From contig NC_135806.1 of assembly GCF_964213995.1 (NCBI RefSeq), forward strand, positions 59,086,001 to 59,150,000: DNA of 64,000 nucleotides. The letters are read 5' to 3'. The notes beneath the pieces were generated by a model. It had not been told where the DNA came from and ran no database searches. It worked only from the letters and a program-made list of their open reading frames with translations. Positions 36,850-50,137 of the stretch are shown in pieces. Both the position numbers and the translations under genes were made by a program. This stretch comes from Mustelus asterias (taxonomy: Eukaryota). How positions within the stretch are numbered: position 1 is the stretch's first letter; every line of letters begins with the position of its first letter.

Positions 36850-37450
36850 TGAAATTTATGTCAACAGACAGAGGGTGAAATAGCAGGCAATGATTTTTTT
36901 AAAAACACTCCTGACATTTTTTTCAAAGATTTAAACGGCAGGCCTTTTAAATGTCTTGACAACGTCATTTGACAGATGCTCTTAACAGTTCTCCTTTATA
37001 CTTTATAAAGATCCGCCTGATAGGGTTTCCATTATTGGATTATTTCTGCATGATTGATATCACAATCATCCATTATCACAATGGGGTGCCTAACATTTCA
37101 CAGTTTCATTGATAGCTACAAGTGTTTATAGATCTTTTGAAGTGGGACAATGAATTCCAAAGCTTGTTGTCTTCAGGGATTATGCACCTGAATGAAATAT
37201 GTTACCTGGCTTTATGTAGTTGAAGGAATGTAAATGTAGTAAATGATTTTTGTATGAAAGGGAGTGTATTTTATTTTCAATATAGAGGCATCTGCATTAG
37301 ACACTTTAGAACTTGACATTCTTGGCAGGTCCTCTTGATAGATCCTCTGGACAGTTTTGCCAGATATTATGCAGTTTTGACAGTTGAGTTTGGCTAATCA
37401 ATTGACAGTCCCAATGAGCTTGACAGCTAATGAGTTTACACACTGTCTAT
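36850..37450. promoter_or_regulatory. Candidate conserved non-coding enhancer with PBX-HOX/MEIS motifs
   Basis: TGACAG at 36970, 37378, 37403 and 37421; TGATTGAT at 37051; TGATAGAT at 37336. Lies in a stretch without recognisable repeats. Confidence 0.35.
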
Positions 37451-39514
37451 GCACATTCACGCTTCTTTTAACACTTTCAAAGGGCACCTGACCTCCGACA
37501 AAGGTGTTCCAGAACCAGATCCACTCCAAATTCAAACAAATCCACAAAGTTCAGACCTGCTCTTACCAGCCCTACTCTGCACACTTTGGATTTCTCACTT
37601 CTGGGCTACAAACAACTGCTTGCAGTGGAGGAAGCTGATGATGGCGAGCTACCTCTGTAAACCAGCGAAACACAAACCGCCCCCATATCTGTCCCACTAA
37701 AATAGGAAGTGCAGTGTTTGGGAGCGTAACTTACAATTTCTGGGCACTTCAGCCATTTTCGCCATAAGGAAATGGCTCTTCGTTGTGGCAAAAATCCTCC
37801 TGTAGCTTTACAAATATTACATCTGGAAACCCAGAGACAGACAACCAAATAGATCATTTAATATAGCCACATTCGTCAATGAAAGAGTACCGATTATCGC
37901 CTCTAGAAAAATAATCTGTAATACAATATTTTAAAGGAACATAATTCAAATTTGCAGTATTATTATTTGATGATCCTATCATCTCAAAGTATTTAATCCT
38001 ATACAAGCGTTATTAGAAGGGATTTATACTGATATGCAAACATTTCCTTGGAACAGACCATGCTCTTATTAATCCAGTGTTCTGAAAAAATGCCAAATTC
38101 CTTTATCAGATAACGACAATGAATTGTTCAGGGTAATTTTTAAAAAACCTGTGCAAGAAATTCAATGAGCAGGGTCCCAAACACTTACTGGGCTATCATT
38201 CACATTACAAGGTAACTATGCCTCAAAATCTGCACCTCACCCCATCCAACCAACACCTCTCTTGCTTTCCACCAGTACTTCTACTCTGTTTCTGCCCTCC
38301 CAGCCACAAGAGTTTGGGAGCCATGCTGTTTTACCTACTTACTGCAGATAGATAAATAAATGAACAAATTCACTTTCGCCCTCAAATACCAGTTACAGAA
38401 ATAAATACTTGAGAGATGGAAAAGTGCTTCACAACCAATGAATTATTTTGGTAATGTAGTCACTGTTGTTTTGCAGGCAAACATGGCAGCAGATTTGTGC
38501 ACTGCAAGGTTCCACAAACACCTTCCAGAAATGTTATGCACGTAACATATTTGCCATTCAGTTACCACCCTCACACTATGTTAAAGTAACATAAGAACCT
38601 ACCATGAGTGCCCAGTAGGGAGGTACACTGTCCTTATTCTTCACTTACACTTGCATTAAAACATAGTATGCATTCACCCTAATAAAAGCTATTTGTGTAA
38701 TTTAAATGCTTGGTTCAAGCAGTTCCCTTCCATTACATATTACCAACTGATACCTGGGTTGGATTGCATTAAATGCTAACCAGAGGCATTCACAGTTATT
38801 TTTATTCTTCTTAGAATAGACAATGGCTCTTAACATTAAAGGGAGATTGACCACAACTGCATTGCATCTCAAAAATAAAACCCTTCATTTCATACAAGGA
38901 AGGAAGGATTGGAACCTCTGAAGAGATAACCAGATAAAGGAAGGATTGAAGCTGCCAGCTGTAGGCTCATCATGCACTTTGCTTCTCTTCCCTGTCATCC
39001 TCATAGCCTGTTAGCAAACTGGATCGCAAAAGCTACATGTGAAAACTGATCAACTTTATTCTTCATTCATTCTCAAATTCTTATTGTTTATCTTAGACTT
39101 AAGCAATCATGTTGCGCAATTTTAGATAGTTAATTAAAGATGTTGATGCATTACTACTACCACTTTCATATGATGGGAAAAGTTTATAATGGGAAGTCTA
39201 GTTTGACTATCCATTTAATGATCTCCTCAGCTGTTGAGTGGAGAAATGAGGGGGCTCCAGAACAGATCTTATTGGGCAATTTGATATGATACATTCCATG
39301 GTCTGGGACTCAGGGCTATAATCACACTTCAGGTCATCCTTCATCTTCTACTTATGGAGCTGGTGGCTGCATCATCCACAGTGCTGTGCGTAGGAACATA
39401 GGAATTAGGAGCAGAATTAGGCAACTTCAGCCCTTCGAGCCTGCATCACCATTAAATCAGATCATGGCTGATCTCTCCCTGGTCTCAAATCCACCTCCCT
39501 ACCTGCTTCCCAAC

Positions 39515-41285
39515 CTTAAATCCACCTTCTACCTACTCTCTTAAAGATAATCTTGCCCATGAGAGCCACTTCCTGCTCTCTCAATCCTATTTCCAGTAAA
39601 CTGCTGACCACCCAACTTCCCTTCCTAATCCCCATATTAGCTGATATTGAAAATGGTTCTCTCTCTTCTGCTAAGGTTCCTCTCTTCTTTAAATTTGCTT
39701 TTATTACCCCTTTGATATCTCCCAAATCCTGGCCCATCTTTCCCAGACCTACAAGTTTGAATCTCTCCAATCAGGTTTCCACCCCATCATAGAACCAAAG
39801 CAACTCTTTTCAAAGTCACAAATTACTGTGACAATAGTAAACTTACCTTCCTAATTCTTTTTGACCTGTCTGCAGCCTTTGACACAGTTGACCACACCAT
39901 CCTCCTCTCCACTGTTTTCCAGCTGGCTGGAACATCTGTCCCCAGTAGTATTCTTATCCAATGGCTTTTCATCTTGCTCCCGTACCACTACCTCTGGTGA
40001 CCCCCAAAGTCTATCCCTGGTCCACTCCTATTTCTTGTCTACAAGTCGCCCCTCGGCAACATCATGCAAAGCACAGCATTAGTTTTCACACATACACTGA
40101 TGACACAAAGCTTTTCCTCACCACCACCTCCTTTACCTTCTCCACTATTGCTAAATTATCAGCCGACTTAGCTGACATCCAGTATTGGATGAGCAGAAAT
40201 TTCCTCTGTTTAAATACTGGGAGGACTGAAGCCACTGTCTTCAATACCTACTCCAAACTCTGTTCCCTAACTATCAACGCCATCCCTCTCCCTGACAACT
40301 GTCTAATACTAGACCAGACTGTTCACAAACTTGGTGTCATGTTTGAGCTAGCGATGAGCTTCTGACCGTGTATCCGTGCCATCACTAAGACCACATTTTT
40401 TGGTAACAGTCACCTGACTCCGTCCCTTCCTCAGCTCATCTGCTGCCAAGACCTTTGTTCATATCTTTGTTACCTCCAGACTTCACTATTCCAAAGCACT
40501 CTGGGCTGGTCACCCAAAATCTACCCTTCAAAATTCAAAACTCTGCTGTACATGTCTTAACTCGCACCAAGTCCCATTTCCCTGTGCTCACTGACCTAAA
40601 TTAGCACCAGGTCAAATTATCCATGACTGTCTCCTTCATATCTCTGTAAACACCTCTAGCTCCACAACCTCAGACACATCTGTTTTTATGCAATTATGGC
40701 CTTTCGAGTAAGCCTGATTTAAAGTGTTATGATGTGGAGATGCCGGCGTTGGACTGGGGTGAACACAGTAAAAAGTCTCACAACACCAGGTTAAAGTCCA
40801 ACAGGACTACCAAATAAACCTGTTGGACTTTAACCTGGTGTTGGAAGACTTCTTAAAGTGTTATAACATTGGTAGCTGTACTGTCAACTGCCTAAGACCA
40901 AACCTCTAGAATTCCCTCCCTAAACCTGTCCATCTAGGAGTGTGACTAAGTTGACAGTGTCTCTGCCTTGGAACCAGAGGCTCTGGGTTCAAGTTGCACT
41001 CCAGGACTTGTTGGCCATGGAAGGATCAATCATGATAATCATTCTGTTATTCCTTCCAATACTTGCCCTCTATTTCCCAAAGGGAAAAGGTGTGCATGAA
41101 GACAAAAGAAATCAAAAAAACCTCTCGGTCTTTCTTTAAGATATTCCTAAAAACTTACCTCATTGACCAAGATTTAGGATACCTGCCCCAATATAGCCTT
41201 ATGTCGTTCAGTATCCAATTTTGCTTTATAACAGTTGTGAAGTTTCTTGGGATATTTTACATTAAAGACACTTATATATGAGTAT
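39515..41285 (+). mobile_element. L2-clade LINE RT region and 3' end, degenerate
   Basis: DLSAAFDTVDHTIL, FHTYTDDTKLFLTT, IQYWMSRNFLCLNTGRTE, FVTSRLHYS, FKIFLKTYL. Confidence 0.9.
40730..40854. mobile_element. Hairpin-only Penelope-like insertion with TSD
   Basis: Same termini as 14138-15413. CAACACCAGGTTAAAGTCCAACAGG / CCTGTTGGACTTTAACCTGGTGTTG are separated by 13 nt. AAAGTGTTA is duplicated at 40721-40729 and 40855-40863. Confidence 0.9.
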
Positions 41286-41294
41286 AATTATGTG

Positions 41295-42530
41295 GGTTCC
41301 TCAGGATAGTGTCCTAAGATCAACAATCTTCAGCTGCTTCATCAAAGATCTTCCCACCACCACAAAGTCAAAAGTGGAGATGTTGGCTGATGATTAATGT
41401 TCAGCACCATTCACTACTCCTTACATCCTGAAGCAGTCCATATCTAGTTGCAGACAGATCTGAACAATATTATAGAATCCCTAAAGTACAGAAGGAGGCT
41501 ATTCAGCCCATTGAGTCTGCACCGACCACAATCCCACCCAGGCCGTAATCCCATAACCCCTCATATTTACCCTGCTAATCCCCCTCATACTTGGATTAAT
41601 TTAGCATGGCCAATCAACCTAACCTGCACATCTTTGGACTGTGGGAGGAAACCCGCGCAGACACACGGAGAATGTGCAAACTCCACACAGACAGGGACCC
41701 GAGGCCGGAATTGAACTCGGGTCTCTGCCGCTGTGAGGCAGCAGTGCTAACCATTGTGCCACCGTGCTGCCCTTCTTCAGGCTTGGACTGATCAGTGGCA
41801 CGTAACATTCGTGCCACACAAGTGACAGGCAATCACCATCTCCAGCAAGAGAAAATCTAATCATCTCCCCTTGACATTCAATGGTATTACCATCAGTGAA
41901 TCCCCCACTTTCAACATACTGAGGGTTATCATTGACCAGAAACTGAACTGGACCAGCCAAATAAAAATAAATACAAGAGCAGATCAGAGGCTGAGAATCC
42001 TGTGGAGAGTAATTCACCTCCTTACTCTGCAAAGCTTGTCCACCATCTACAGGAAACAAGTCAGGATATGATGGCATACTCTCCAATTGACTGGATGATT
42101 GCATTTCCAACAATACTCAAAAAGCTCAACACCATCCAGGACAAAGCAGCCCACTGTTTGGCAACCAATCCACCATCTTAAATATTCACTCCCTCCACCA
42201 CTGAGGCAGCAGTGTGTACCAACTACAAGGTGCACTGCAGCAATTCACCAAGGCTTTTTCAAAAGCAGCTTCCAAACCTGCAACCGCTACCACCTATAAG
42301 GACAATGACATCAGATTCATGGGAACGCAACCACCTGCAATACCCCTCCAAGTCACACACCATCCTGATGTAGAAATATATCATCGCTCCTTCACTGTTG
42401 CTGGGTCAAAATCCTGGGCCTCCCTCCCTGACAAAACATGAACGGCAGAGGTTCAAGAAGTCAGCTCACCACCTCCTTCTCAAAGGGAATTAGAATGGGC
42501 CAATGGTGCCCACATCCCGTGAATTAATAA
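41295..42530 (+). mobile_element. CR1-clade LINE 3' half (family of 29960-31375), interrupted by HE1
   Basis: VPQDSVL, MLADD, TFNGITISESPTFNILRVIIDQKLNWTS; same 3' tail. Confidence 0.9.
41472..41773 (-). mobile_element. HE1-type V-SINE
   Basis: Tail ATAGAATCCC, V-domain, and head GCTAACCATTGTGCCACCGTGCTGCCC. Confidence 0.92.
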
Positions 42531-43228
42531 ATGCATATATATTGTGATGGACTCTTACTGCCCTCTGAAAGGGCAATTAGGAATGGGCAACAAATGCTGG
42601 CATCAAATGAAAGAATAAAACAAAACGTTCATTCCATATACTGGTCATGTTACTGGCCCCTATACAACCACAGCCCCTGGATACTTCATGCCACTAAATA
42701 CTATTGCTTTGAATGTACATAGCAGTTCTCCAAAACACTTCCAAACACAATGCACAGTACTTGCACTAACTTTGTCTTAGCAGACAAAGCAAACTAGTGG
42801 TGGCAGCAGGGTCGCATGGGGTGCAGTGGATTTGGTGTCCTTTCTGCTGCTGAACAGGTCGGTTCAACCGTATGTGATTAGCACAGGTGTTCAATGCACA
42901 TATGTAGACCACGCTGGTGAAATAAATGTCAAATCAGCTGGAATGCCACCTGATGTCATAGAAAGAAAAGAAAGACTTGCATTTATACAAAATTATTTAC
43001 AGTCAATTAAGTACAGTTAAGCCTTAATGGGACTCAGTCTAACATTTCCATTATACTACAAGAAGGGTTCATTGGGACAGGCCAGGGTGAATGCTCAAGC
43101 TGAACCCTTGCACATACTAGTGGTCCTCTCCAAATATGCAAATAACCCTGCCCCAAGGATTTGGGATGGGGCCTCCAACCTGAGGCTAGCTTCTACTTCA
43201 CCAGATTTATGCTGATGGAGCAGGCCAC

Positions 43229-43380
43229 TGTTTGGGGTTGAAGTGCAATCAGTTACTAAATGTCCTATTTGGCTTGCCATAGTCATGTGACTTCTGCCAT
43301 GAGACACAGGCTGAAGGGCAACCATGTTACATTCAGTTCTAATGAAGACATTATAATAGAAGCTCTTTCAGCTCATAACA
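43229..43380 (+). repeat. 5' LTR (about 150 bp)
   Basis: TG...CA ends. GCTTGCCATAGTCATGTGAC..CACAGGCTG..ATTCAGTTC is shared with 50138-50258. Confidence 0.85.
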
Positions 43381-43395
43381 TGGTGTCAGAAGTGG
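43381..43395 (+). promoter_or_regulatory. Primer-binding site (tRNA-Leu-type)
   Basis: TGGTGTCAGAAGTGG immediately follows the LTR-terminal CA. Confidence 0.85.
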
Positions 43396-44059
43396 AGCTG
43401 AGATTGAAGTTTGTAGGGCTGGAGAGAAGCCACAGCTACTGAAAGAGAAACTCAAAAATGGTCAGAATTGCAGAAAACTGTTAAGACAAAAAAAAGCCAT
43501 TTAAAGCCTCTGAAAAGGGCAAACAAACTGCAAGTAAATCACTGGCTCTTAATTTTCCTCTCCAGCTCTTGTTGAAATGAAGGGTAATATGCAGCTGAAC
43601 TGGCAGTTTTTTCTAATTGCAATAGCAAAACTACACAATTGCAACAGATTTAATTGATAAGTTGGAGCCTATACAAATAGTAGTACTTTAATACTGTTGG
43701 GGAAAGACTGCAATAAGTTGTATTCCACCATAAATTTATACGAAGAACAGAAACATTGGATGGCAGAAATCTTGAAAGCTCTGAAACATGCTCTGAACCA
43801 CAAGTGAATGTAATTTATGAAAGCCATAGGTTCAACTTTGGGGCTCAAGGTGAAAAATAATCTCTTCATCAAAATGTGATTGCAGTAACACAGCTCACAG
43901 AATTGTGTGAATTTGGGCAACTAATAAATGATCTAATTAAAAATAGGATTGTCTTAGGCACAAGAAATCCTATAGCAAGAACAAGTTCACCAAGAGGAAA
44001 TATTTGTTTTCAATAAAGCAACACACATGTGCAGAAGCACAAATGTTGTAAAATGTCAG

Positions 44060-46091
44060 TATTACAAAGGGGAGGTTGATCCCCTCTCTGAGAACTAACA
44101 TTCAACCAAAGAGGAGTACCTCATCTTCATAATCTGTTAAAGTATGTGAGAAATAGTACGATCTGCGCTTCAGCAACTTTTAGTGGTAAAATTAAAATAA
44201 CTATCGGAGATTGTCTCTGTAAAATCAACAAGTAACACTTTACTTATCTAACTAACAGTGAACAGGTTAACTAAACTATTAAGAAACCGAATAAAACACT
44301 ATTCTAACAGAACGCTGTTTAGATAAATACAATTCCCACTTATTAACAAAAAAAATAGAATTTTTTAGTCACTCTCAAAATACAACCAGGTTTGTCTTCC
44401 GGAATCTTCTTTCTTTTTGTGATTTCTCCTGTCTTCACAATCGAGATGAGGCTTTCTTTTAAGACATAAATGAGATGTGACAGCCAGCCAGTTTCTCTCT
44501 CTCATTCTCTCAGAGCTGTGGCAGAGGCAGTTGCTGACTGGCTCTCTGCAACTGGGAGCTGGCTCTTATAGCCCCTGATGACATAGCAACGTCCCCACAA
44601 TAGGATTGGTTTACAGGTTGCCAAAACATCAAATTCAAATCTGATAGGCTGCTGTTATCCAAATGCCTGGTTTAAACTGATTGGGCAAACTTTAAAAACA
44701 GCCTGTTGTCCTGACAACACTACTGCCTAGCCTCGTGATACAATGGGGGTGATTGTCCCCAAAAAAATTCTAAGTGCTGAATTCACAGGAAAAATGGTAT
44801 AAACCACGATTGTTTTTTCATCGGGAGTTTGGACTCCAATCTCCCACAGTCTGTGCAATGCAGAGGTCACAATCATGATTATCATTAAAAACTCATGGGC
44901 GGGGTCTATTCATGTTGGAGTCTGACAGTTCCAGGTCTCTGCACATGCGCTATGGCCCCGAACTGTCAGTCTGCACTTTGCTGGCCAGCCTGGGACCCTT
45001 GCAGTGCTACCCCCTCCAACAGCCCCCCCCATGACCCAATCATGGCCCCCATGACCACACATGGGCCAGCTCCGACCTCCTCCCCACCACCCTCCATCCC
45101 GGAGCGTCCCAATCTCCAGCCACCCTCCAGCAGTGACATTCCCCCCCACTACCCACACCCTGGCAGAACCACACCCCCACGACCCCTACCCCGGCAGACC
45201 CACCCCTCACAGGAGACAGACCCCCCGGGAAGCAGACCCCCCCACAAGAGGCAGACGCCCCCACGGGAGGCAGACCCCTCCAGCAGACCCCACCCAGCCC
45301 GCCCCAATCGCTGGCCTCCCTCCAGCCCCAACCGGATCCCAATGCAGACTGGCAGCAGGAACATCACCAATTGCCACCTAGGCCCCACCCCTATCAGGCC
45401 CCACCCCAATAGGCCCCTCCCCTTAGCTCTGCCCCCGCGGCCCAACCCTCTTGGCACTGCCCGATGGGTAGTGCCAAGGTGCTCCCTGGGCATTGGCACT
45501 TTGCCCCTTCGGCAGTGCCGGGGACACAGGCTGGCACTGCCAGGGTGCCATGACCAGGGGGCACCATACCCCTGCCACCCAACCTCCTGGGGGGCCCCGA
45601 TTGCCCCCCCTTCACTCCAGCAGGGTCCTCGCTAGTTCCCTAAAAGTGGGGAGCTACTCTTAATCCCACTGGAGTGAATTTGTACTGGCAGGGTGGGAGA
45701 TGCTATGGGGCCCGGAGAATTCAGTCCCAGGCCCGATAGTGACATTCAAATAACATTAAAAGTAGATTATAACTACTTACATGGTCTTCCGGCCAGTTTC
45801 CTGTGTGGTCCCGACCGTGCTGGATTTCTGGTGGTGGGAGACGCGCATGCATCGGGAACACATGGGCGAATCCCGTGAATCAGTGCACGCGCACATCTCC
45901 CGACTTGACCTACCAAAAGATTAGCGGGTTGGAATGGGAGAATCACCCTCAATGTGTCAATCTGTGTACTGCATGTGCACCTGCAATGTTTTTTTTAAAA
46001 CTCAAAACTACCTTTTAAACAGACCATGCAATTTTACAACTCTTAGCATTTTACAATTTTTTATAATTTTACAAACACCAACTTCACAACA
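44060..46091 (-). mobile_element. Antisense solo LTR of a second LTR family (about 850 bp net) with 5-bp TSD
   Basis: GTCAG at 44055-44059 and 46092-46096. Minus strand starts TGTTGTGAAG and ends TTGTAATA. CCAAT boxes, TATAAGA and AGTAAA occur in LTR order on the minus strand. Confidence 0.75.
44774..45949. mobile_element. GC-rich non-autonomous element inserted in the solo LTR
   Basis: Ends GTGCTGAATTCAC...GGGAGAATCACCCT, flanked by TAA/CAA. Homologous to 28640-29643. Confidence 0.75.
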
Positions 46092-46427
46092 GTCAGGTAG
46101 ATCACATGTGTGGCAGAACAAACCAGGCTTTGTATTATACTGATAGGTATTCCACATCAAAAGAGCAGAACAATCTGGAAAAAGGGCAGGATGCAAATAC
46201 TGCGGAGGACATCACACAAATGAGAAGAAGACTTGTCCAGGGTGGAAAAGCAGTGTTCAAAATGCAAGAAGCTGAATCATTTCACATACAAGTGTTTGGC
46301 TACAAAGGAGCAAGACAAGCTTATACAGCTGGCCACTGGAGATATATCAGCCAATAAGTCTCATGGATCACTACACACCATACAACAGGTTGGCTCTGTC
46401 AGTTCTATAGGTGATGAATGGTTTGTG

Positions 46428-46776
46428 ACATAGAAACATAGAAACCCGACAGTACAGAAAGAGGCCATTCGGCCCATCGAGTCTGCACCGACCACAATCC
46501 CACCCAGGCCCTACCCCCATATCCCTACATATTTTACCCATTAATCCCTCTAATCTACGCATCCCAGGACACTAAGGGGCAATTTTGGCATGGCCAATCA
46601 ACCTAACCCGCACATCTTTGGACTGTGGGAGGAAACCGGAGCACCCGGAGGAAACCCACGCAGACACGAGGAGAATGTGCAAACTCCACACAGACAGTGA
46701 CCCAAGCCGGGAATCGAACCCAGGTCCCTGGAGCTGTGAAGCAGCAGTGCTAACCACTGTGCTACCGTGCCGCCCC
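46428..46776 (-). mobile_element. Young HE1-type V-SINE inserted just upstream of the protease motif
   Basis: Well-preserved head (GGGGCGGCACGGTAGCACAGTGGTTAGC on minus), V-domain and CATAGAAACATAGAAAC tail. Confidence 0.95.
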
Positions 46777-46779
46777 AAC

Positions 46780-49700
46780 TGTTAGAATAATGACCACAGA
46801 AGGAGAACATCAAGTAAACATGAAGTGTTAGATAGACACTAGTGCGTTATGCAACATCATGACCTTCTAGATCTGCGCAAAGTGGCTCAACATGGTGATT
46901 CAAAAATGAAACCCTCAAAAATGAATTGAGGCTATATGATAGTACAATATGCATACTGAGAGAACAGATTAGTCTGAGAGCCCAATTGAATGGCAAAAAT
47001 GAAGATCTGGAGTTGCAAAAGCCACTCATCTCAGCTGGAGCAAGTCTAAAACTTAGACTGGTAACCCTAAACGTGCCAGAGATTTACAATATGTCACAGC
47101 ACACTAAACCATTGACCACTGAACAGATCCCAGAAGAGAACAAAAATGTGTTTACAGGGTTTGAATATTTTCCTGGTAAATATCATCTCAAAGTACTTGA
47201 GAGTGTAAGAGCAATTCAATCTGCCGAGGAGGTCCAGCTGCCCTCAAGTCAATCCTAAAAGAGAAGAAGAGCTGGAAAAGAAGGGAGTAATTAAGAAATT
47301 GACAACACCTTGAGACTGGATTAAGAGCATGGTAGCAATGAAACAATCGGGAAAGCTGAGAGGATGCATACACCCAAAGGATCTAAACAAAGTGCTGAAG
47401 AGATCTCACTCCCCCATGTCAACCAATGAAGGAATTTTGCCACAACTTGCCAATGCAAAGATCTTTACTAGCCCAGATGCGAAGCATGGTTTTTGGCAAG
47501 TGAGGCTGGATGAAAGTTTCTAATGACATTCGGGGGATACAGGTGGTTGCACATGTCATTTGATATTGCTATGGCTCCAGAAAAGTCTCATCACAGACAG
47601 CTTGAAATAGTTAGTGATATTCTCAAAGAGAAACCATAGTGGCTGATCTGTTGGTCTATGGATGTGGAAACACAATAGAAGAAGCCATTGCTGATCACAA
47701 TCAGAATCTAGTGCAACTGCTGGAGAGAGATGACTAGATGAACATGAAGCTGAACAAAAAAAAAATTGTATTTGTAGATGCCTCATGTCCAGTACATAGG
47801 TCATATACTGACAGCAAAAGCTCTTTGCCTAGATTCTGAAAAGGTAAGAGCTGTAGCAGTGATGCAGAGACCAATAGACGTAAAAGCAGTGCAATGATTT
47901 GTTGGAATCATGAGTTACGTTGTTTTCCTCATTTGTTGTTGGAGTGTGCACCATTATGCCTGGTGATTATTTTTGCTATTGAGCATTTTCATCAATACCT
48001 GCTTGGGAGAGACAAAGTGACCACAAGCCACTTCAAAGCACTTTCCTCAAATTGCTGCTATCTGCCCCAAAGTGTCTATAAAGAATGTTACTTTGCTTAC
48101 GGAGATATCATCTGGACATTACGTGCAAGCAAGGGAAACAGCTGTATGTCACTGCCATACTGTCAAGAGCAGCATTCCCTATGAAGGAAGTTGAGAATAC
48201 TACATCAGAATGTGAAATCTTCCAGATTCAACGTAAAGCTATTGCTCAACATGTTCTGGAAGTCATTAACCTACAGAAACATTGAATCTGACAGACAAGT
48301 ATCTTGCTCATATCAAGTGAACTACTTAACAAGATGCAACTCTCCAAGTGCTGTAAGAAGTAGTGATAAAAGGATGGCCTGAGAGCATCAAGGACACACC
48401 TGTGATCACAAGAACATTTGGGACATACGGAGGTGAATTAACAGCTCAATATTACATCTTGTATAAAGGAAATAGAATCATGAAGGGTGGCAGGGTGACA
48501 CAGTGCCAGGAATCTGGATTCGATTTCAGGCTTGGGTGACTATCTGTGTGGAGTTTGCATGTTCTTCCCATGCCTGTGTAGATTTTCTCTGGGTGCTCTG
48601 CTTTCCTCCCACAGTCCAAAGATGTGTTGCTTAGGTGGATTGGCCATACTAAATTGCCCCTTAGTTTCCCAAGATGTGTAGGTTAGGGGTATTAGCGGCG
48701 TAAACGTTTGGGGTTACAGGGATAGGGTTACAGGGATAAGGCATGGGTGGGCCTGGGCAAGATGCTCTGTTGGAGAGTTGGTGCAGACTTGATGGGCTGA
48801 ATGGCCTCCTTCAGCACTGTAGGGATCCTATGATTATCCCTAAGCAGATGAGAAGAGATATGCTGAAGTGCATCCATGCAAGCCATCAAAGAACTGAGTC
48901 AATTCTGAGGAAGGCAAGAGAAGTGCTCTACTGGCCAAACATGAGCAATGAAATTAAAGACCACATCAGCCAGTTTGGTGCTTACAATGAATACCAAGCC
49001 GCTGTGTGACATATGACATCCCAGATGGTCCATGGATGAAGCTGGGAGTAGAAGTCTTCACAATAACTGGAACTGATTTTCTAATCACTGCATCTACTAT
49101 TCTGATGACTGGTAGTTAGATCAGCTGACTTAAATGACAACCAGTGAAATTATAGATGCCTAAAAGCACAGTTCTGTCCTTATGGCATTGCAGACATTGT
49201 GATGAATGGCAATGGCTCTCAGTTCATGAGTGAAGAATTCAGCCACTTCAGTAAGTATTGGAAAATTCAACACTATACATCATTCCCACACTATCCTCTG
49301 TTAAATGGAAAAGCTGAGGTGGTGGCAGAAATCACCAAAAGAATCATCAAGAAATTGAACAGATCTAGTACTGGTGTAAATACATAAGGCAATCCTCGTG
49401 TGGAGAAACACACCAACTAAAGGCATGGAAAGTAGTCCTGTCCAAGACTAATGCCACACTGCACCCAAACATTCTTCCAATTGCAAAAATGCCACTGAAG
49501 CCAGAAATAGTAAGACATGAATGAAAGAAATCAAGGTGAAATGGTAGAAAGCTAAATTTCATATTGATAAACCATTGCCAGTGATGAGCATTGGAGAGCC
49601 AGTTAAAGTACACACTTCCAATGCTCTCAACACAAATCAGCCTACGTGGAAACTTGGGAAATGCACAGAGCAGCTGCCACCTTGATTTTACATGGTGAAT
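46780..49700 (+). pseudogene. Gypsy pol remnant (PR-RT-partial RH-IN)
   Basis: IDTSALCNIM; KQSGKLRGCIHPKDLNKVLKR..DAKHGFWQVRLDES; FAIEHFHQYLLG; IHASHQ..AREVLYWPNM; NGSQFMSEEF..YPLLNGKAE. Many stops and frameshifts. Confidence 0.92.
48485..48832 (+). mobile_element. HE1-type V-SINE inserted in pol
   Basis: V-domain TGTGTGGAGTTTGCATGTTC; tail GGGATCCTATG. Interrupts YKGNRI|IIPKQMR. Confidence 0.9.
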
Positions 49701-50137
49701 GTGTATGATCAAATATACCAGTGCAACTGCAGGCGTTATGAACAACTAGAGAAGCAGTTCCTTCACTGCATGTGGCCGGAAGATGGGATCTCACCAGTTG
49801 CACAGAGCACAGAACAATCATCACTCCCAAAGGTCTACTGGTCCCTGACAATGGAAATGGAACAATGACTGTTACCAACAACAAGTGTCATGGAAGTGAC
49901 ATTCCCCAGAGAGGGAACATCAACCAGATGAACAGCCAATGATAACATGCATGTGTACCATGAAGAGACCTGCATGATTTACTGACTATGTACGCAATGC
50001 ATGTGCACAGACTGATGGAGAATTGTGAACAGTTTGTTAATGCATAAGAGTGAATGTATAGTGGGCAACTTGGGTAACTCTGTGTTACACATGACTGTGC
50101 ATGCAAATTTGTTTTTCGTTCATTATGTGAAAGGGGA

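Larger units (their letters stand above)
43450..46310 (+). pseudogene. Gypsy gag remnant, split by the solo LTR at 44060-46091
   Basis: EPQVNVIYE..FN, CEFGQLINDLIKNRIVLG, MCRSTNVVKCQ | VDHMCGRTNQ (in frame across the insertion), CKYCGGHH..CSKCKKLNHF..C zinc knuckle. Confidence 0.8.

Noticed and set aside
44895-45635. 246-aa Pro-rich ORF and overlapping ORFs in several frames (also 28690-29369)
   Set aside because: GC-rich non-autonomous repeat with few stops; frames are not conserved between the two family copies.
46700-46776. tRNA-like sequences at SINE heads
   Set aside because: These are tRNA-derived SINE promoters followed by a V-domain and LINE tail, not tRNA genes.
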